Positions 17,891 to 34,320 of a stretch of DNA of 64,000 nucleotides are shown here, piece by piece. Source of the DNA: the human T2T-CHM13v2.0 reference genome, Homo sapiens; assembly GCF_009914755.1 (NCBI RefSeq), contig NC_060947.1; one strand, 5' to 3'. The position numbers were made by a program, and so were the translations under genes. Position 1 is the first letter of the stretch. Every line of letters begins with the position of its first letter. The notes below the pieces were generated by a model. The model worked only from the letters and a program-made list of their open reading frames with translations. It did no database searches and had not been told where the DNA came from.

Positions 17891-19671
17891 CAGAGAGCTA
17901 GGTTTTTTTTAAGCAACATACTACTATTTCTTAGTGTTTTTCAAACCTGCCACCTTTTAGTACCCACTACCACTACCCTAGATGTGGTTCTGATTTCTTA
18001 TCTAGACCCGTGCTAGAGCCTCCTAAATAGTCTCCTTATCTCTGCCAATCAAACGTCCATACTCCTGCCAGAGTTCTCTGTAAACGTGAATTGGATTGTG
18101 TTTCATCTGCTTAGAATGCCTCATTGCCTAAAAAAGAAAGTTTAATTCCCTTAACATGGCATTCAATGTGCTTCACAAATCTGCCCCACTCTACCTTGTT
18201 CCGGTTTCTTTGGCATCACTCTCACTGCTCTGATGGCCTTCCCTGTAGCCCCACTAGACTATTAACTTTCCTGAACTTGAATATGAGAACAATGCACTTG
18301 CATACCTCTGCACACTTGCTCATGCTGTTTGCTCAGCCTGGAATGCTCTTCTCTGCCTAGTGACTGGCAGATATCAGCCCCTCTTGCAAGTCTCACAGAC
18401 GCTATCCCCTTTTGAGGTCAGAATTAATTTCTCAGTTCCTGCGCTATCAGGCTGAGGTTTTCCAAGAGCAGGAAACAGTGATAAAAAGCAGTAGTAATAG
18501 TAATAGCAGTAGCTGCAAGCTTTCAGTAAGAGGATATCTTTTGGCTAGCTTGGACAGAAGAAAAGACTAGACAGCGTGGGTGCTTGGTTCATCTCTGTGG
18601 GAGTCAGGAAGTATAATCAGATTCACATGGGTGAAAGAGGCTGTCTTTTTGCTTTCAAGATGAACTACACCTAACCCATCCCACACTATCAAAGGAGAAC
18701 TCTTTGAGCATGTCTTGCAGAAAAGAAAAATAATCATAGAAAAGTACTTGCCTCTGCCTCATACCTCCCCCTCACTGTGAGCCTTCTTACCCTAAGTGGG
18801 AGGTGTGTGGAACTCTGAGGAATCTGGAGAGTGTACCGATACATGGGTTCATAGCTTGTTGATGCTTAGGGTTCATTCTGCTCAGTCTGCCATTGTCCTG
18901 CTTCTCTCACAATTAGATTGTTCACAAATGGTTGTTCACCAGCCCACTGTTTCTGAGGTTCAGCCCATTGAGAGCAGAAAACAAAAACAAAACCTTCAAA
19001 TGGCAAAGGGATTTGAGAGAAAACAGCAGAGCTGATACAGGAATGGCTGATGGTGTTAACCCACTGTGTATATGTCCTTGGGATCCCTGGAAGGACCAGA
19101 AATATTTCAGTGGGTTAGTTACTGTTTAAAGACAATGGAATACCAGTCCAACGAGAGACCAGTGCAGCAAAGAATATAAACAGAGAATTTTATACAGTTC
19201 TGGCTGCAATCCTATAACAAACAGAAGTACTCACACATGGTTTTATGTCAGTTTGTGAATTGAGTTCAAGAGGCCCTAAATCTAAGTGCTGTATGTAAAA
19301 TAAAAGCAATTAGTGCAGCTGTTACATTGTATTCTCCAATCTGGAATTAAGTTATGGGCAGAAACTACAGAATATTTTTCCCACTTCAATTTAATCACAG
19401 TTTGGAAGCTTATTTGTTGCTTCTTTTGTATCCCTTACAATGTTTGGCACTGCTGTGCACAGAATAGACACTAAATAAACATGAAAGCCAGGAATGAGGT
19501 TAAAGATCCCTGCTTGATAGTCATTAGTATAGTCAAAACAGAGTCTCACTGTCACTTCCCACCCTCCCTACATTTCTTTTGAGCCTTGCCCCAGCAGGAG
19601 ACCCCCAAGACCCTCAAGGTAGTCCTAAATTAATCCTCTCAATAGGCTCATCAGTAGGCTTTTCTCTCTGA

Positions 19672-19989
<318 letters not shown>

Positions 19990-22074
19990 ACTATTTCCTT
20001 TTCTTGGGTCAGTTGAAGTACCCCAACTCACAGAGCTAATTCCAGAAATAGGGTTGCTGGGAGAAATTGGGGGTAATTTGTTAGGTTCTGGGCTTTGCAC
20101 CTAAGAATCACTGCCTTAATTCTGTGCTTTATAGTGTGATGGAAAACATTGGTGCTAAGGACTGGGCTTGTTAGCAGGAATCTTTTCCTCTAGAATGGAA
20201 TGCATTGATATGCAATAGTGTCCTCTTTGGCATTTATATTCTTCTGAAACTTCAGTAATGCAACAAGTCATTCTCTGGCATCCAAGTGTAATTTCTACTT
20301 TACCTCCTTGAATCACAACACTTTCTCTACTGCTCTTCTTAGCACATGCTTCTTCCCCAGAACGCTTTCAGCAATGGGCCCATGAAACTGGTGGAAGGTC
20401 CCTAAAATTTTACTCCATTATCTATTATGTATTGTTCATTGATCCCTGACAGGTTTGCTCTGATTCAGCATGAATAACAATACTAGCTAACATTTATTGA
20501 ATACTTACCATGTACCAGGCAATGTGCTAGGCACTTCACATATGCATCTCATTTAATCCTCATACCTACCCTCTGGCAATTTTAGTCTTTTCATTTTACA
20601 AAGAGGGAAACTAAAATCAATAAGCAGATAGTAGCATCAGGATTTGAGCCCAGGCAATCAGCCTTCAGATCCCATGCTGGTAACTACTATGCTAGTACCA
20701 CTCTTAAGTATTAAAATGAGTATGTACTCAATAAATATTTGAATAAATAAATGATTAGAGGGCTCTAATTTCCAAAGGGCTTCCCCAAGGCCTCCCTTAG
20801 GCAGGGTCACGTGTTTTTGGCCCATTGCTCTGAGGAAAGTTTAGACAGATGGTTGAGGGCAATTAGGTTGTGCTTGCATTTTCAAGCACAATTGAGTCCC
20901 ACTTCAGGAAAGTAGAGAGCAGTTCAAAAGTGAAATTGCCTTCTCTGGTCTGTTGAATATGAGTTAGCTGTGCTCTGGCAGCCTGCTTACTCTTAGCTAC
21001 TCTTAGGAGAAAGGCTTGGGACCTGGGGAGTAGGCATCCCAAACCCACAACCTTAATAGCTAAAGTTTTCTTGTGGGTAGAGTGAGGGTAAGATAGGGAG
21101 GACACACAGAACTTCAGTCTGGTAATATTTCCTTTTTAACTATTGGGTCACTTAATCTCTATGTACCTCATTGTCTCCATTTATGAAGTGGGAGCAATCT
21201 CCCTGGCTTGCTTTCTATTTCTGAAGCAAAATACTGAATCAAACTGCTTCTAAGACTAGAAAGGCTCTCCGAAGGTTTAGCTGATTGTAACCATTATCTC
21301 CAGAAGCTGGGGTGTTCTGATACAAAGAAGTGTAATGGGAATGATTCAGGTAAAATAGTAGATTGGAGAGGGTACAATGTGGAACTGCTGGAGTAGGATT
21401 TGCTTATTATTGGTAAGATGGTTGCAATGAGAGATTATTATTTATAACACACCATAGAATTACAAAGCACTTTACAGCTATTCTTCAGTACAGTCCTACA
21501 AATTGATATAAGACTAAAAATAATGAGGCCAGGCCTGAAAGGTTACTCAGTGGGTAGTAAGTATGAATAGTCACTGAAATGAGAAAATGACAAATATACC
21601 TCTCAGGTCCAGCACAGTATATCTCCAAGAGCCCTATTCCCTGCTCTTATAGCTGTTTCCAAGAAGACTCTGGCTTAATGTGGTAGCTGCATAGGGGTAA
21701 GGATCTAGGCTGCTTTGGTGATGTTTGGGGCTGCTTAGCACTGTACTTTGGAAGAATTGCATGCCTTAACACCCCTCTGCACTTCCACTGCCTTATTATA
21801 GCACTTTTCTCATTCCACTTTGTTTAATAGTTGTTTGAGTAGGTGTCTGCCTCCCCTATTAGACAGAGATTGTGAGTTAGTCATTTTTGAATCTTGCTTT
21901 GGTGTTGGAAATGTTTTACACTGAGCAGGCCCTCCCTTATGTGCTTTCCAACCCCAGGAACCTAATTAATTTGACTGATCCCCGTCCTTGATGGCCTAAT
22001 AATAGGTAGATTAAGCACATGCTTAGGAAACCAGCTAAATAGAGGCATTAAAGATTTTTTTTAAAGATTTGAGT

Positions 22075-22640
22075 CCACACAATGAGATACTACTTTATAA
22101 CTTCTAGGATGGCTATACTAAAAAAGACAAGTATTGGCAAGAATATGCAGAGATGGGAACCCTTGTACATTGCTCGTGGAGATGCCACTTTGATGAACGG
22201 TCTGGCAGTTCCTCAAAAAGTTAAATGCAGAGTTATCATATAACACAGCAATTCCATTCCTAGGTATGTACTTAAAAGAATTGAAAACATATATTCATAC
22301 AATAAACTTGCACACAAATGTTCATAGCAATAATATTCATAATAGCCAAAGGGTGGAAACACCTAAATGTCCATCAATTGATGGATGGATAAATAAAATG
22401 TGGTATATTTATACAATGGAATATTATTCAGCCATACATAGGAATGATGTAGTGAAGCTTGATGATAATATGCTACGTGAAAGAATCCAGACACAAAAGA
22501 CCACATGTTGTTTGATGTCATTTGTGTAGAATGGCCAGAATAGGAAACTCTATAGAGACAGAAGGTAGATTAGTGGCTGCCTAGGCCTGAGAAGGGACTG
22601 GGGGGATATTGGGGGCAACTGATAATGGGTATGGAGTTTT
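22075..22640 (+). mobile_element. L1MB-type 3' end
   Basis: ORF 22266..22529 is an L1 ORF2 C-terminal relic (PKCPSIDGWINKMWYIYTMEYYSAI). Confidence 0.85.
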
Positions 22641-22642
22641 TA

Positions 22643-22920
22643 GTTTGAGACAGAGTTTCACTCTATCACCCAGGCTGAAGTGCAGTGGTGCAATCATAGC
22701 TCACTGCAACCTGGAACTCCTGAACCCAAATGGTCCTCCTCACGCAGCCTCCCGAGTAGCTGGGACTAAAGGCACGAGCCACCATACCTGGCTAATTTTT
22801 AAATATTTTTCAGTAGAGACACAGTCTCACTGTGTTACCCAGGCTGGTCTTGAACTCCCAGGCTCAAGCAATCCTCCTGCCTTAGCTTCCCAAGGTGCTC
22901 AGATTATATCACACCTGGCT
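22643..22920 (-). mobile_element. Alu (AluJ-like)
   Basis: Diverged antisense dimer. Confidence 0.88.
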
Positions 22921-23068
22921 GAATTGTGCACTTTTAAAAAGTGAACCGCATGACAATAAGAAAGAATTGCAGTTGTAATTATGAAAAAGTTCAGATTTTG
23001 TTGAATTCTCTCATGCTTATTTTATAGGTTAGTATTATTTATATCTTAAATTATTTATAGGCACTTAG

Positions 23069-23422
<354 letters not shown>

Positions 23423-24550
23423 ATCGTTCTTGGGGTTTTAAAATGTCTTACCCTAGCCCTGTTGTACTCTAGCTGTGCATCATACATCATATTGAATCTT
23501 TCCTTCTTTGCCTTCCCCTTCAAAATCATTTGCCCTCTATCCCATGCCTGTCTGGTGATTAGAACGAAAGAGACAAACTAATGAGTATAATGTATAGTAA
23601 CTGAAGATAGCACTTTCATTTTGACAGATGCTTTAACTTGAAGGAAATGATTAATAGGGAATTGCAGGCACCATGGTGGGGCCAGCAGGGGAAGTCATTT
23701 TTATTAGTGATAGCATTTCAGTCCTCCTCAAATTATACCAAGTAGGTACCTACTAACTCCACTGACTCCTGTGAGATCGAATTTAAGACTGGATCTAAGG
23801 AGGGGGCAATATGGTAGCTCCAAGTTTGACTGGTTATTGTCCTGTATGAGGCATCCTTTTATCGCTGACAGAGTCTCACCTTGAAATTGTCACTTTGCCT
23901 CTACCAAGCAAATAAATACCTGCCTTTCTTTTGTGAGACAGATAGAGCTTGCTACTAGATATAAAACAGACAGCTCTTGTTGTTTAGGCCCAGGGTTGCT
24001 TTAGATTCTGAAGCAACTTCAGGGTTTAAAGGCATCCCTGAAATGGGTCTCTACCAGTTGGTGGTCAAGGTGCTTGCCACCCATATATGCCAATATGTGC
24101 TTTCAAGTGCACCTAGAATTATGAAGTGGTAAGTTCTAGGATGTGTCCTATTTGTAATACTGTGGCCCTGCCTAAAAGTAGGAGAGATGTGGGAAGAGTA
24201 TCAGCTTTGGAGTCAGGTGGATTTGGGATTGAATCCCAGCTTGCATTTTTTTATTAGCTTTATGAATTTGGACAAGTTACTTTTAACATCTCTGAGCTGT
24301 AGTCTCCTTGTCTGTAAAGTTGGAAATAATAACCCTTACCTCACTGAATCATTGTGAGCATTGCAGGAGGTAACACTGGCACATAGGTACACTACTTGGC
24401 ACAGAATACAGTCTCAAAAATGTTAGTTCCCTTCCCCTCTCAATCCAAGTTACAAGCAAGAAGTGAGTGACCATCTTGCCTCAGTATCCTAAACACAATG
24501 AAAGTACAAATCAATAGCAGTTCTCTTTAGCCTAGAAAATCAGTAGTTGT

Positions 24551-24864
<314 letters not shown>

Positions 24865-26130
24865 GAAAATCAGTAGTTCTTATTGAATTGTGTATGTTTT
24901 CTTGGAAGCTCATATGTGAAAGGTTGCTAGTGAATGTGCATATGTCTAGCAGTCTGGGCTGAAAGGAGGATAGGAAGGTTGATAATGTGAAAGATAGTGA
25001 ATAAACCTGAATTGTGTGGTTGGTGTGTCTACTTAAAGAAATATAGTATCTGATCTAGCATGGAAACAGGGAGCTAATTACATTCCTGGCACGACGTCCT
25101 TAGCTGTTATAGTCTACTCTAGGATGTATGTCCTTTGCATATAGGAAAACCACCAGGACCTTGAAGCAATAGAAATAATAATCTCTTACATTTGAATAAC
25201 ACTTTATAGTTTCAATATATATTCACATCCATTATCCCATTTGAGTCTCAATCCAAATGAGTGAAGTAAACAGGGCAGACAGCTATTATCTCCTATCTGG
25301 TGAAGGAAAAATCAAAGCTCAAAAATGTCAGTGACAATTTCGTAGCAAAATTGGGATTAGAACCTTTGTCTTTTGACTCCTAATTCAACATTCTTTCCAC
25401 TATACCACTTTAACCGTAGCTTGAATGGTTTTGGCCTAAGTGGAATATATTTGAAAACATAAATAGAAGTTATGTTATATAACATCCCAGCTGCTGGGTC
25501 TGGTTTAGCAGAAGCTTGAAGAACAGCAGAAGAGGGTGGGAGGTAACCAAGTGTGTAAAATGAGTTCCACATTTTCAGATGTTCAACAAAAGCAACAGAG
25601 AGTGCTCAGACCATTGACTGGGACAATACTGATTCTTTAACCCTTAGTCTGTTATGGCTTTGCATTATTCCTTATCAACTCCAATGACGAATTCCAGCCT
25701 TTTTGACATTGTGCCCCCTACATTTTTAACCTGTTCCTCCAACTTAACCTGTTCCTTCAACTTATCTCCCAGCCTCCTGCATCTATATCATACATGGTGA
25801 AAATCCCTCCCTCCTACTCTCTGACTCATTCTCTCATCTGAATTCATATTAATCTTGTTCGTCCTGAGACATTTGCCTCTATCTGTTCTTCTAACCCTTT
25901 TGGTTTTTCTGCATGGAACCTCAATTCGTTGGAAGCAATCTCTGCTATGTAAATCAAATAATATGGCAGAAGATATTCTGCAAATAATAGCTGGCAAAGA
26001 TTTATTATTATTCTGCATTTTCTGAGGGATATTTTTTACTTTGCAACCTTACTGAAACATGGGTATTCTTTGCCCTGATGATGCTGCTTCCCTCTAAACT
26101 TTCTCCGGTTTGTCCATAACATAGTCTTAA

Positions 26131-26460
<330 letters not shown>

Positions 26461-28470
26461 TAAGAAGTTCCCGGAGGAGATACAGAGAAAATGGCCTGAG
26501 GTCATGGGAAGAGGCGTTGACCTTAGGGAGGTAATAAGTGATTTCATTTTGTCTGGAGACGGTAGGAGGGAAAGACTGGAAGACATTCTGAGATAGAGAA
26601 GTTTGCAGGGATAACATCCACCTTTTCAGTAAAGCAAGAGAATGGAAGTTATTTGCTGAGGTAGGTGGCCGGGGTTGAGTGGCTGGTAGACATGAACAGA
26701 AGTAGTTGTTTTGGTAAACATGGTCAGGGACCAGCAAATAAGGCTGCGGAATGGCAAAACAGCAATGAGAGAATAAGCTATACCACCTCTCTCACCCACA
26801 AAGGACAAAAATACAGTTTATTTCTCCTTTAGCAATGCAGCAAGTAGGCAGACTAGGAAGAATCAATACAAGGAAAGGCCAGTATGAAGAAGATCCATTT
26901 GGGGACGAGGCCCACTCTTCCAATATAAAACCGAGTTGTCCGTTTTTTCCACCCTCACTACCAACTGCCCTACCTCAGGCCCTTATCAGATGAGTACTGC
27001 AACTGCTTCCTACCAGGCACCCAGGCTTCCAGCCTTTCCCCCCTCAGATTCATCCTTCGTTTCACTTATCACTCTATTGTATTTGTTTTTAATTAACTGT
27101 CTCACCCATTAGGCTATGAGCAACTTGAAGGCAGTCTTCCAGTCTTCTCTGTGCCCCTGGGGTCTAGCACAGAATGTGGAATGTAGTAGACACTCAGTAA
27201 TGGTTCTTTGAACGAAAACCACTGGAGCGATATTTCTAAAACATAAACCTGATCATGCCACTTGCCTGCTTCAACATTTTAAATGATCCTTAGCATGGTA
27301 CTCCAGTGCCCCCATGGGCTGATCCCATGTGCTTCCATAGCTTCATCTCCTGCCACCTTCTCCCCTTTCCCACCCATATCCCCGTCTTAAGTTAACCATA
27401 CTTAACTAGGACATGCAGTTCCTCAGCAGGCTGTGTGCTCTAACCTTTGTGCTTTTATACATGCTTTCTCCCTATCTGAAATACCCTAGCAAAGTCCTGT
27501 GCAGTGATACCAGGGTGAGCCTTGAACATCCTTCTGCCAGTTACCAAGGTGAAACTAAAGTCAAAGCTTGTGGCCCGACCTACTTTTATCTTTCTTTGGC
27601 CTCCTCCGAAAATAGTTGAGCCTAGCCTATGTTCTTGTTGGGCATGTGGTAGTCTGGTGCCGAGGGTGAGTAGTGAGTCAGGTTCCCATGTGTTTTGTAT
27701 ATGTCCGTCACAGTTGTTCTGTGTGTGCCTTCCCAAACTATTTCTCACAATGTTCCCTCTGGTCTTTCTTCTAGCCAGCTCTCCGCTCCAACTCATTCCA
27801 AGTCAGTTGTAAAGGACTCTGAGGTCCCTGGTTCTGGATGGATGGTATTGACAAACCCTGTAAGCTTCCACGGCTAGGATGGAGGGCGAGACAGGGTCAG
27901 GCCTGGGCTAGGCTAGGTAGCTGAGAAATGTTCTGTTGCGGATATGTAGGTTGAGAAGCCGGATGTGTTTTCAAAAGCCCCTTCAGAAATCAAAGGCCTT
28001 TTCTGCACCTGCATGGGGGCCTGCCTATTGCTATTTGGACCAGATAGGAAGGGCTACTTACACAGCTCTGAAAGCTTGATGACAGGGGCAATTGGTTCCT
28101 ATGTCGCTTATTTTGAAGAGGAGATCAGGCCATATTTCTAGCCTTTTGCTGAAGCTAGCAACTTAAGTTTTTAAAATTTCACCTCAAAAGAAAAGATATA
28201 TATACACACTATTTTCTAGCTGAAGGTTTTCAATAATAGTAATGATCATCATGATGACCACAGTTATTAATGATGTATTATATGTATAAAAATTGCTAAA
28301 AGAATAGATTTCTAATGTTCTTGCTACAAAAAAAATGATAAGTTGGTGGGATGATGAATATGTTAATTGGCTGGGCTGAATTTTTCTGCATAGTATACAT
28401 AGATCAAAACATCACGCTGGAGCCCATAAATATATACAATTATTATTTGTCAATTAAAAATAAATAATAA

Positions 28471-28941
<471 letters not shown>

Positions 28942-29739
28942 CCTAGGAAGTATTTTCTAAGTTCCAGTGCCATCAGAGCTTATAAAATTTTTAGAGGCAA
29001 ATCAGTGAACTTAAGCAACCCACTCCCAACCAGTCTTTGTCTCTCTCCATATACACCCTGTTCCCAGAGATGGAGGGAGGAAAGAAGAAAGCTGCTTTTA
29101 TCCTTTGCTGTGGCCTGGGACTGCTGGGGCTTTAAATCTTTGTATGTTTGTGTAGGAGGATGAGGATGGGGACTTTCTGACTGCTATTCATCCACCTATT
29201 CATTCAATTTACTCATTCAACATATATTTATTAAGTAACCTACTGTGTGCTGGGCACTTGGTAAAGGGATATAATCTTATCTATCCTGCCAGTGGCTTCT
29301 CCCAGGTCTCTGAGGGTGTTTGGAGCTCATACCCTCTTCTCTTTAACAAGCGTGACAGTTAAAAGAGTAAGGGCTGGTATGGACAAAAGCAGGAAGGTGC
29401 CTGGGGTAGTAGTCATTGAGGTGAGTCATGGAGGAGCTGTATTTTCCTGAATTATTCAAGATCCATTTTGTTTCCCCAATTTGTTGAGGCTTTTTCTACA
29501 CGTGAGATCTAAGAGGGTGTGAGGATGAGACTTAGGGGTGACTGGCAGACTGTCCTGAGCCCAAAACTGTACCTTGAGTACCAGTGATGATTCCAGACCA
29601 CAGTGTTTCAACCCTCAACACAGAAGCAGAATCCTGGACTGGCTACCGAGGGGCCCCTGCCAGCTGCTGGCTCCAAAGTTGGTTTTGTCTGTGGGCTAGA
29701 TCGGTGTAAGTTGGGGTCCAGGCTGCTCGCTCAGCAGCC

Positions 29740-30240
29740 TGATTGATCTCCAGGGCTCTTTTGTCTCCTCCTCCCCAGTGGAAGCCTCTCCCCCTCTTCC
29801 CCTCTCCCCCTCTCCCCCTCTCTCCCTCTTCCCCCTCTCCTTGTCTCCTTCTCTCCCCCTCTGCTTCTCAGGCTCTTCCGCTTTCCTCCTCTGCTTCTAA
29901 TGAATTGACATCTCCAAGAGCCGCCACATCTCTGGTAGTTTTACAAAACTGTCCTTGCTCTTCCTGCGTTTGCCCAGTCAAGGGTATTTTTGCCTGAGGT
30001 CGGAATGATGCTGTTAGTCCTGGTGATATGATTGCATAGCAACACAGAGCAGCTCTGAGAGGGGAGGAGGAGGAGAAGAAGGAAGACAGGGAAGTGGGAG
30101 AGACAGAGGGAGAGTGTGCATACAGCAGCTGTCGGCATCCCTGTCTCAGGGACTTCTTTGCTGATTCACAGAGGCAGCCCAGCCCCGGCCTCCCAGCTTA
30201 CAGCTGCCGCCTGCTTCTCAGACCTGACGGAATCAGAAGG
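29740..30240 (+). promoter_or_regulatory. DRP2: Candidate DRP2 promoter / non-coding first exon region (CpG-poor; CT-rich then GA-rich)
   Basis: Unique, repeat-free sequence with a C/T tract at ~29760-29895, a G/A tract at ~30055-30115 and candidate donors ctg|gtagtt (29935) and aag|gtaggc (30240). The ~11.7 kb distance to the ATG fits my recollection of the DRP2 structure. The exact TSS cannot be determined from sequence. Confidence 0.5.
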
Positions 30241-30367
30241 TAGGCCACAGAAAAATTATTTCCAAGCCTTGGCCTTGTTCAGCTGGCTGAGGGGAAATGA
30301 CTGAGGGAGGGGAAGCTCCAGAGGTACTGTGTGGCGGGCGAGGGGTGGGGGGAGAGAGGGAAAATGA

Positions 30368-30372
30368 GTGTG

Positions 30373-30412
<40 letters not shown>
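30368..30412. repeat. (TG)n microsatellite
   Basis: About 22 dinucleotide units with one CG interruption. Confidence 0.97.
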
Positions 30413-30416
<4 letters not shown>

Positions 30417-33133
30417 CGTGCCTGCCTGCGGTCTGCTTGCATGTGCCTTTAGTGGAAAACTTGCATTTAAAAATGCCCACAATAAAGTAGTCACCATTTA
30501 GATTCATAAAGAAAAAAAAAAAGATGCCCAAGAATAGAAACTCAAGCCGATTTGAGCAACTAAGGTCTAAAAATGAATAAGAAGGAGGTACACAGTTTGC
30601 TTCTTTGAGAAAAGAGGGGCATTTATTTATTTTAGGTTCTCAATAGCATGCTTTTTGTCCAAGGGTATACTTCTTGGCAGGAGGGAAGCAAAGGTGTGTG
30701 GAAAGCCTTGGCTAACAAGGGAGGAGAGAGGAAACATGGGACCTTGGAGCAGGTTCCCTGAACAAATGAGTATTCTGGCCAGCAGACAGGACACAGGAGT
30801 TCTTTGCTGAAGTAAACCAGGCTCTGACCTAAGAGCCTGGAGCTGAAGGGCTCATCTCATCTCTGTATTTACTTCCTGGCTCTGTTGTTTTTCCTGTGAC
30901 ATTTTTCCCCCTTATCTTCTCCCCTGGTTTCCTTTCTACACCCTGTAATCAGGAGGCATCTTTCCACTCTTGAAAGCATAGCTTGGAGTGGTTTCAAATA
31001 GGGCTTGCTTCTCTTGGAGTCCAACACCCTATCACCTTCTGCTCTCACCACCTTTCCCAGCATCGGACCAAGTGCCCCAGCCTAGTAAGCGGGCCTGAGA
31101 CTATATGGGTAGTTAATGTTTATCCTTCCTTTGGTAGGCAGGTCGAGCCAGGCCTCACAGGTGTTGGGTCTAAGCAGGTGGCAAGGCTGGGCTGGGGTGG
31201 GGTGGAGTGGGGTAGAGGAGAACGTCAGCAGCAGCTGCTGCCTGCTTCCGTTGAAAGCATGGTGCATGCTGTCTGGAAAAGAACATACTTTTTAAAAATG
31301 TTTTCTTTTTGATTGTCAAAAGAACAAAAGCCTTAAAAAAGCTCTATGTCTAGTTCATCTTAATTCCTGACTTTTCCAAAGAATCCTTGTTTCTAGATGA
31401 AAGGCCCTCAGGTAAATCACCTTTTAAAAGGCCTGTGGGAACCACAAGCCTCAGGTGATTTTCCTTCTAAGGTTTGCGTGGGGAGATGATCCCAGAGAAT
31501 CTCAGGGCCTTCTAAGGAAACCTCCGTGAAAAGGCAGTGTTGGAAGTGGCAGTGTTGTGTCCTGTTTCTGAAAGAAGACCAAGCCCCTCTGTCTCTGGGT
31601 TGGCAGGCCTCTGTCCTGTAGTCTTGCTTTCTGTAAACCATTGCTGGGGGATGAAGGCACATGGAAAGAACTCCTCTTCCTGTGAGATTTGTACTTCTAG
31701 GCATTCAGCCTCAGCTAAGTAGCTCTCTGCTCCAGGTCAGATTACCCTTCAAGTCCACCATAAAGGAGGGGAGCATAGCTTGAAGCAATGAATTTAGCAA
31801 AGGCCCTGAGCCAGATGCGGAGAGCACATCTGCGATTCAGCCCTTCTAACTATGGATGCTCTGAAGTTTCTGATGTTGGATCTGCCACCATGCCAGCTAG
31901 GATGGGGTCTCACTAATGAAGGCCAAGAAGATAGTCTTCTAAACTTCTCAGGGATACACACTCAGAGGAAACCCATTCAGTGGAAATTATACTATGAAAT
32001 GACATTCCTCCCTTATGAAGGATTCTAAACATGCATCAGCAACAAAAATAGCAAGTGAGATAAATCCTTCTAGGATAGCATTTACCAAACCAATGTTCTA
32101 TAGAGCCCCATCCTGAGAGAATGTTAATAGATTCTGTTTTAAAATAAGTGTTGGGGGTGTGTGTGTGTGTGCATGCATGTGTGTGTATTCTGCAGTTCAA
32201 TACTTTTTTGGAAATGCTTCTTAACCGAATTCTCATTTTGGAGAGTCACAGTGTATGTAACGCATATTAAAGACTCTGAGAAGTACTGCTGTAAATGAAT
32301 GTTTAATTTTGTTTAACCCAGTACATCCCAGACTGGTTTGACCAGGGAACACTTTTCTGTATGGAAAACACTTTTTGCCTCTTGCAGATACAGTTTGGGG
32401 AACTGCTGCTAAAAAAAAATAATAAAATAAAAAATAAAAAAATAAAAAACTGGAAGAAATCGTCACATGGATAACACTTGTAAAATAATCTAGTCCAACA
32501 ATGCATTTCTAAACATGAAAAACCCAAGAGGTTAATCATATTGTTTTCCTTCCCATAGCTGATGAGAATCTGGGATTATCTCCTGATTCCCCAGCCCACT
32601 GTACCCAACTGCTGCTTCTCTAGCAGGTCCCCTCCTGTGAAACTAGTTCCAGGAAAATGAAGCAGATTTAAGGAATAATCCTTAAATTTTGAGTGCAATA
32701 TTTACATTTAATACATTTCTTCTAGTATTTTGCTATATGCAAAAATTGTCAACTTTCTTTTCAGCATGGGCTTTGTTGCATTCTTTTAAACAATGTGTTA
32801 TGAAATATCTTTGTTCATTCAAAAAGGTATAAAAATAATATGGTGAAAATCAGGTTATTCACTGCCCAGCTTAATAAAGAAACATTACCAGTAGAGTTGA
32901 AACCTTCTGTCTATTCTCCATGATTAAAGTTCTCTCTTTCCTTCCAAAGTAACCACTATCCTGGATTTGGTGTTTATTATTCCCATGCATTGATTTATAT
33001 ACTTTTACTACACATGTATATATTTTTAAACAACATATACTACTGCTTTATATGTTTTAAAAGTTTGTATCAGTGGTGTATCATACGTATTCTTCTGCAA
33101 CGTGATTTCTCTTTTCTTTTTTCTCCCCGCCAA

Positions 33134-33397
33134 GAGACGAGATCTTGCACTGTTATCCAGGCTGGAGTGAAGTGGTGTGATCATAGCTCACTGCAGTCTC
33201 GAGCTCCTGGGCTGGAGCAATCCTCCAGCCTCACCACCCCCCAGGTGGCACCACCATGCCCAGCTAATTTTTTTTCCTTCATAGAGACAGGGTCCTGCTA
33301 TGTTGTCCAGGCTGATCTCAAACTCCTGGCCTCATGTAGTCCTCCTGCCTCAGCCTCCCAAAGTGTTGGGATTACAGCCATGAGCCACTGCACCTGC
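33134..33397 (-). mobile_element. Alu (AluJ-like, internally shortened)
   Basis: Diverged antisense Alu inside L1-like flanks. Confidence 0.85.
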
Positions 33398-34278
33398 CTT
33401 GAAACTTATTTTTTCTATTCAATGTTATATTTGTGAAAAGCATCCATGTTGTAACACGGGTCTCTAGTTTACTCATTTTTTTCACTATTGTATACTCCTG
33501 TAATGACTATACCACACTTTATCTATTCTGCTGTTGATGGACATTTAGGCTATTTCTAGTTTTGAGCAATCACAGAGGTACTGTGATCATTCTTGTGTAG
33601 CTATTCTTAGGTGACAATTTCTACTGGGTAAATATCTGGGTGGAATTGTCCCCTTACAGGGTATGTGCATTGTCACCTTTGGGAGATATTGTCAATTCAC
33701 TGTGCAAAATAGTTTACTAACTTACACTCCCACCATCAGTGTATAAAGGTTTCAGGTTTATTGCATTAATTGGCTCTTAGAGTTTTCTCCCATGGGGATG
33801 CATCTCTGATTTTTTAATTGGATAATAAATTTTATTTCTCAAAATTGCTTGACAGCTAAACTTCTCAGGAATACGTTTCCTTGTTTTCATTTGTAAATGA
33901 GGGGATTGGCCTAGATGATCTCAAAGGTCCTTTCTAGCTTGAAAATCTGAGTTTCTATGATTTATTCATTAAATCAGGTACATCTGAAGCAGAACCTTGG
34001 TTTTTTGGGTGCATTGCAGGAATTATTTTAGGAACTATAACAAAGTTTGTTACCAGTGAAATGTGTATCTTCTCTCTTACTGCCATGCTGTCAGGTAGAA
34101 AGCCAGTGGTATGAGAGAAAAGGCAGTTACACAGTGTTACCTTGGATTGGGGAGAGGATTCTGTAGCCCATGGGAAGGGGGTCGCCTTCCCATTGCCCTG
34201 TTCTTTACAGAACCTCTACATCTTAGAAGTCTTCCCTATCTCTTGAATTTTTTCTCCCAAGAATAATAAATGTTTGCT

Positions 34279-34280
<2 letters not shown>

Positions 34281-34320
<40 letters not shown>

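Noticed and set aside
25727-25763. Short tandem duplication (aacctgttcct...caactt)
   Set aside because: Local slippage with no evidence of function
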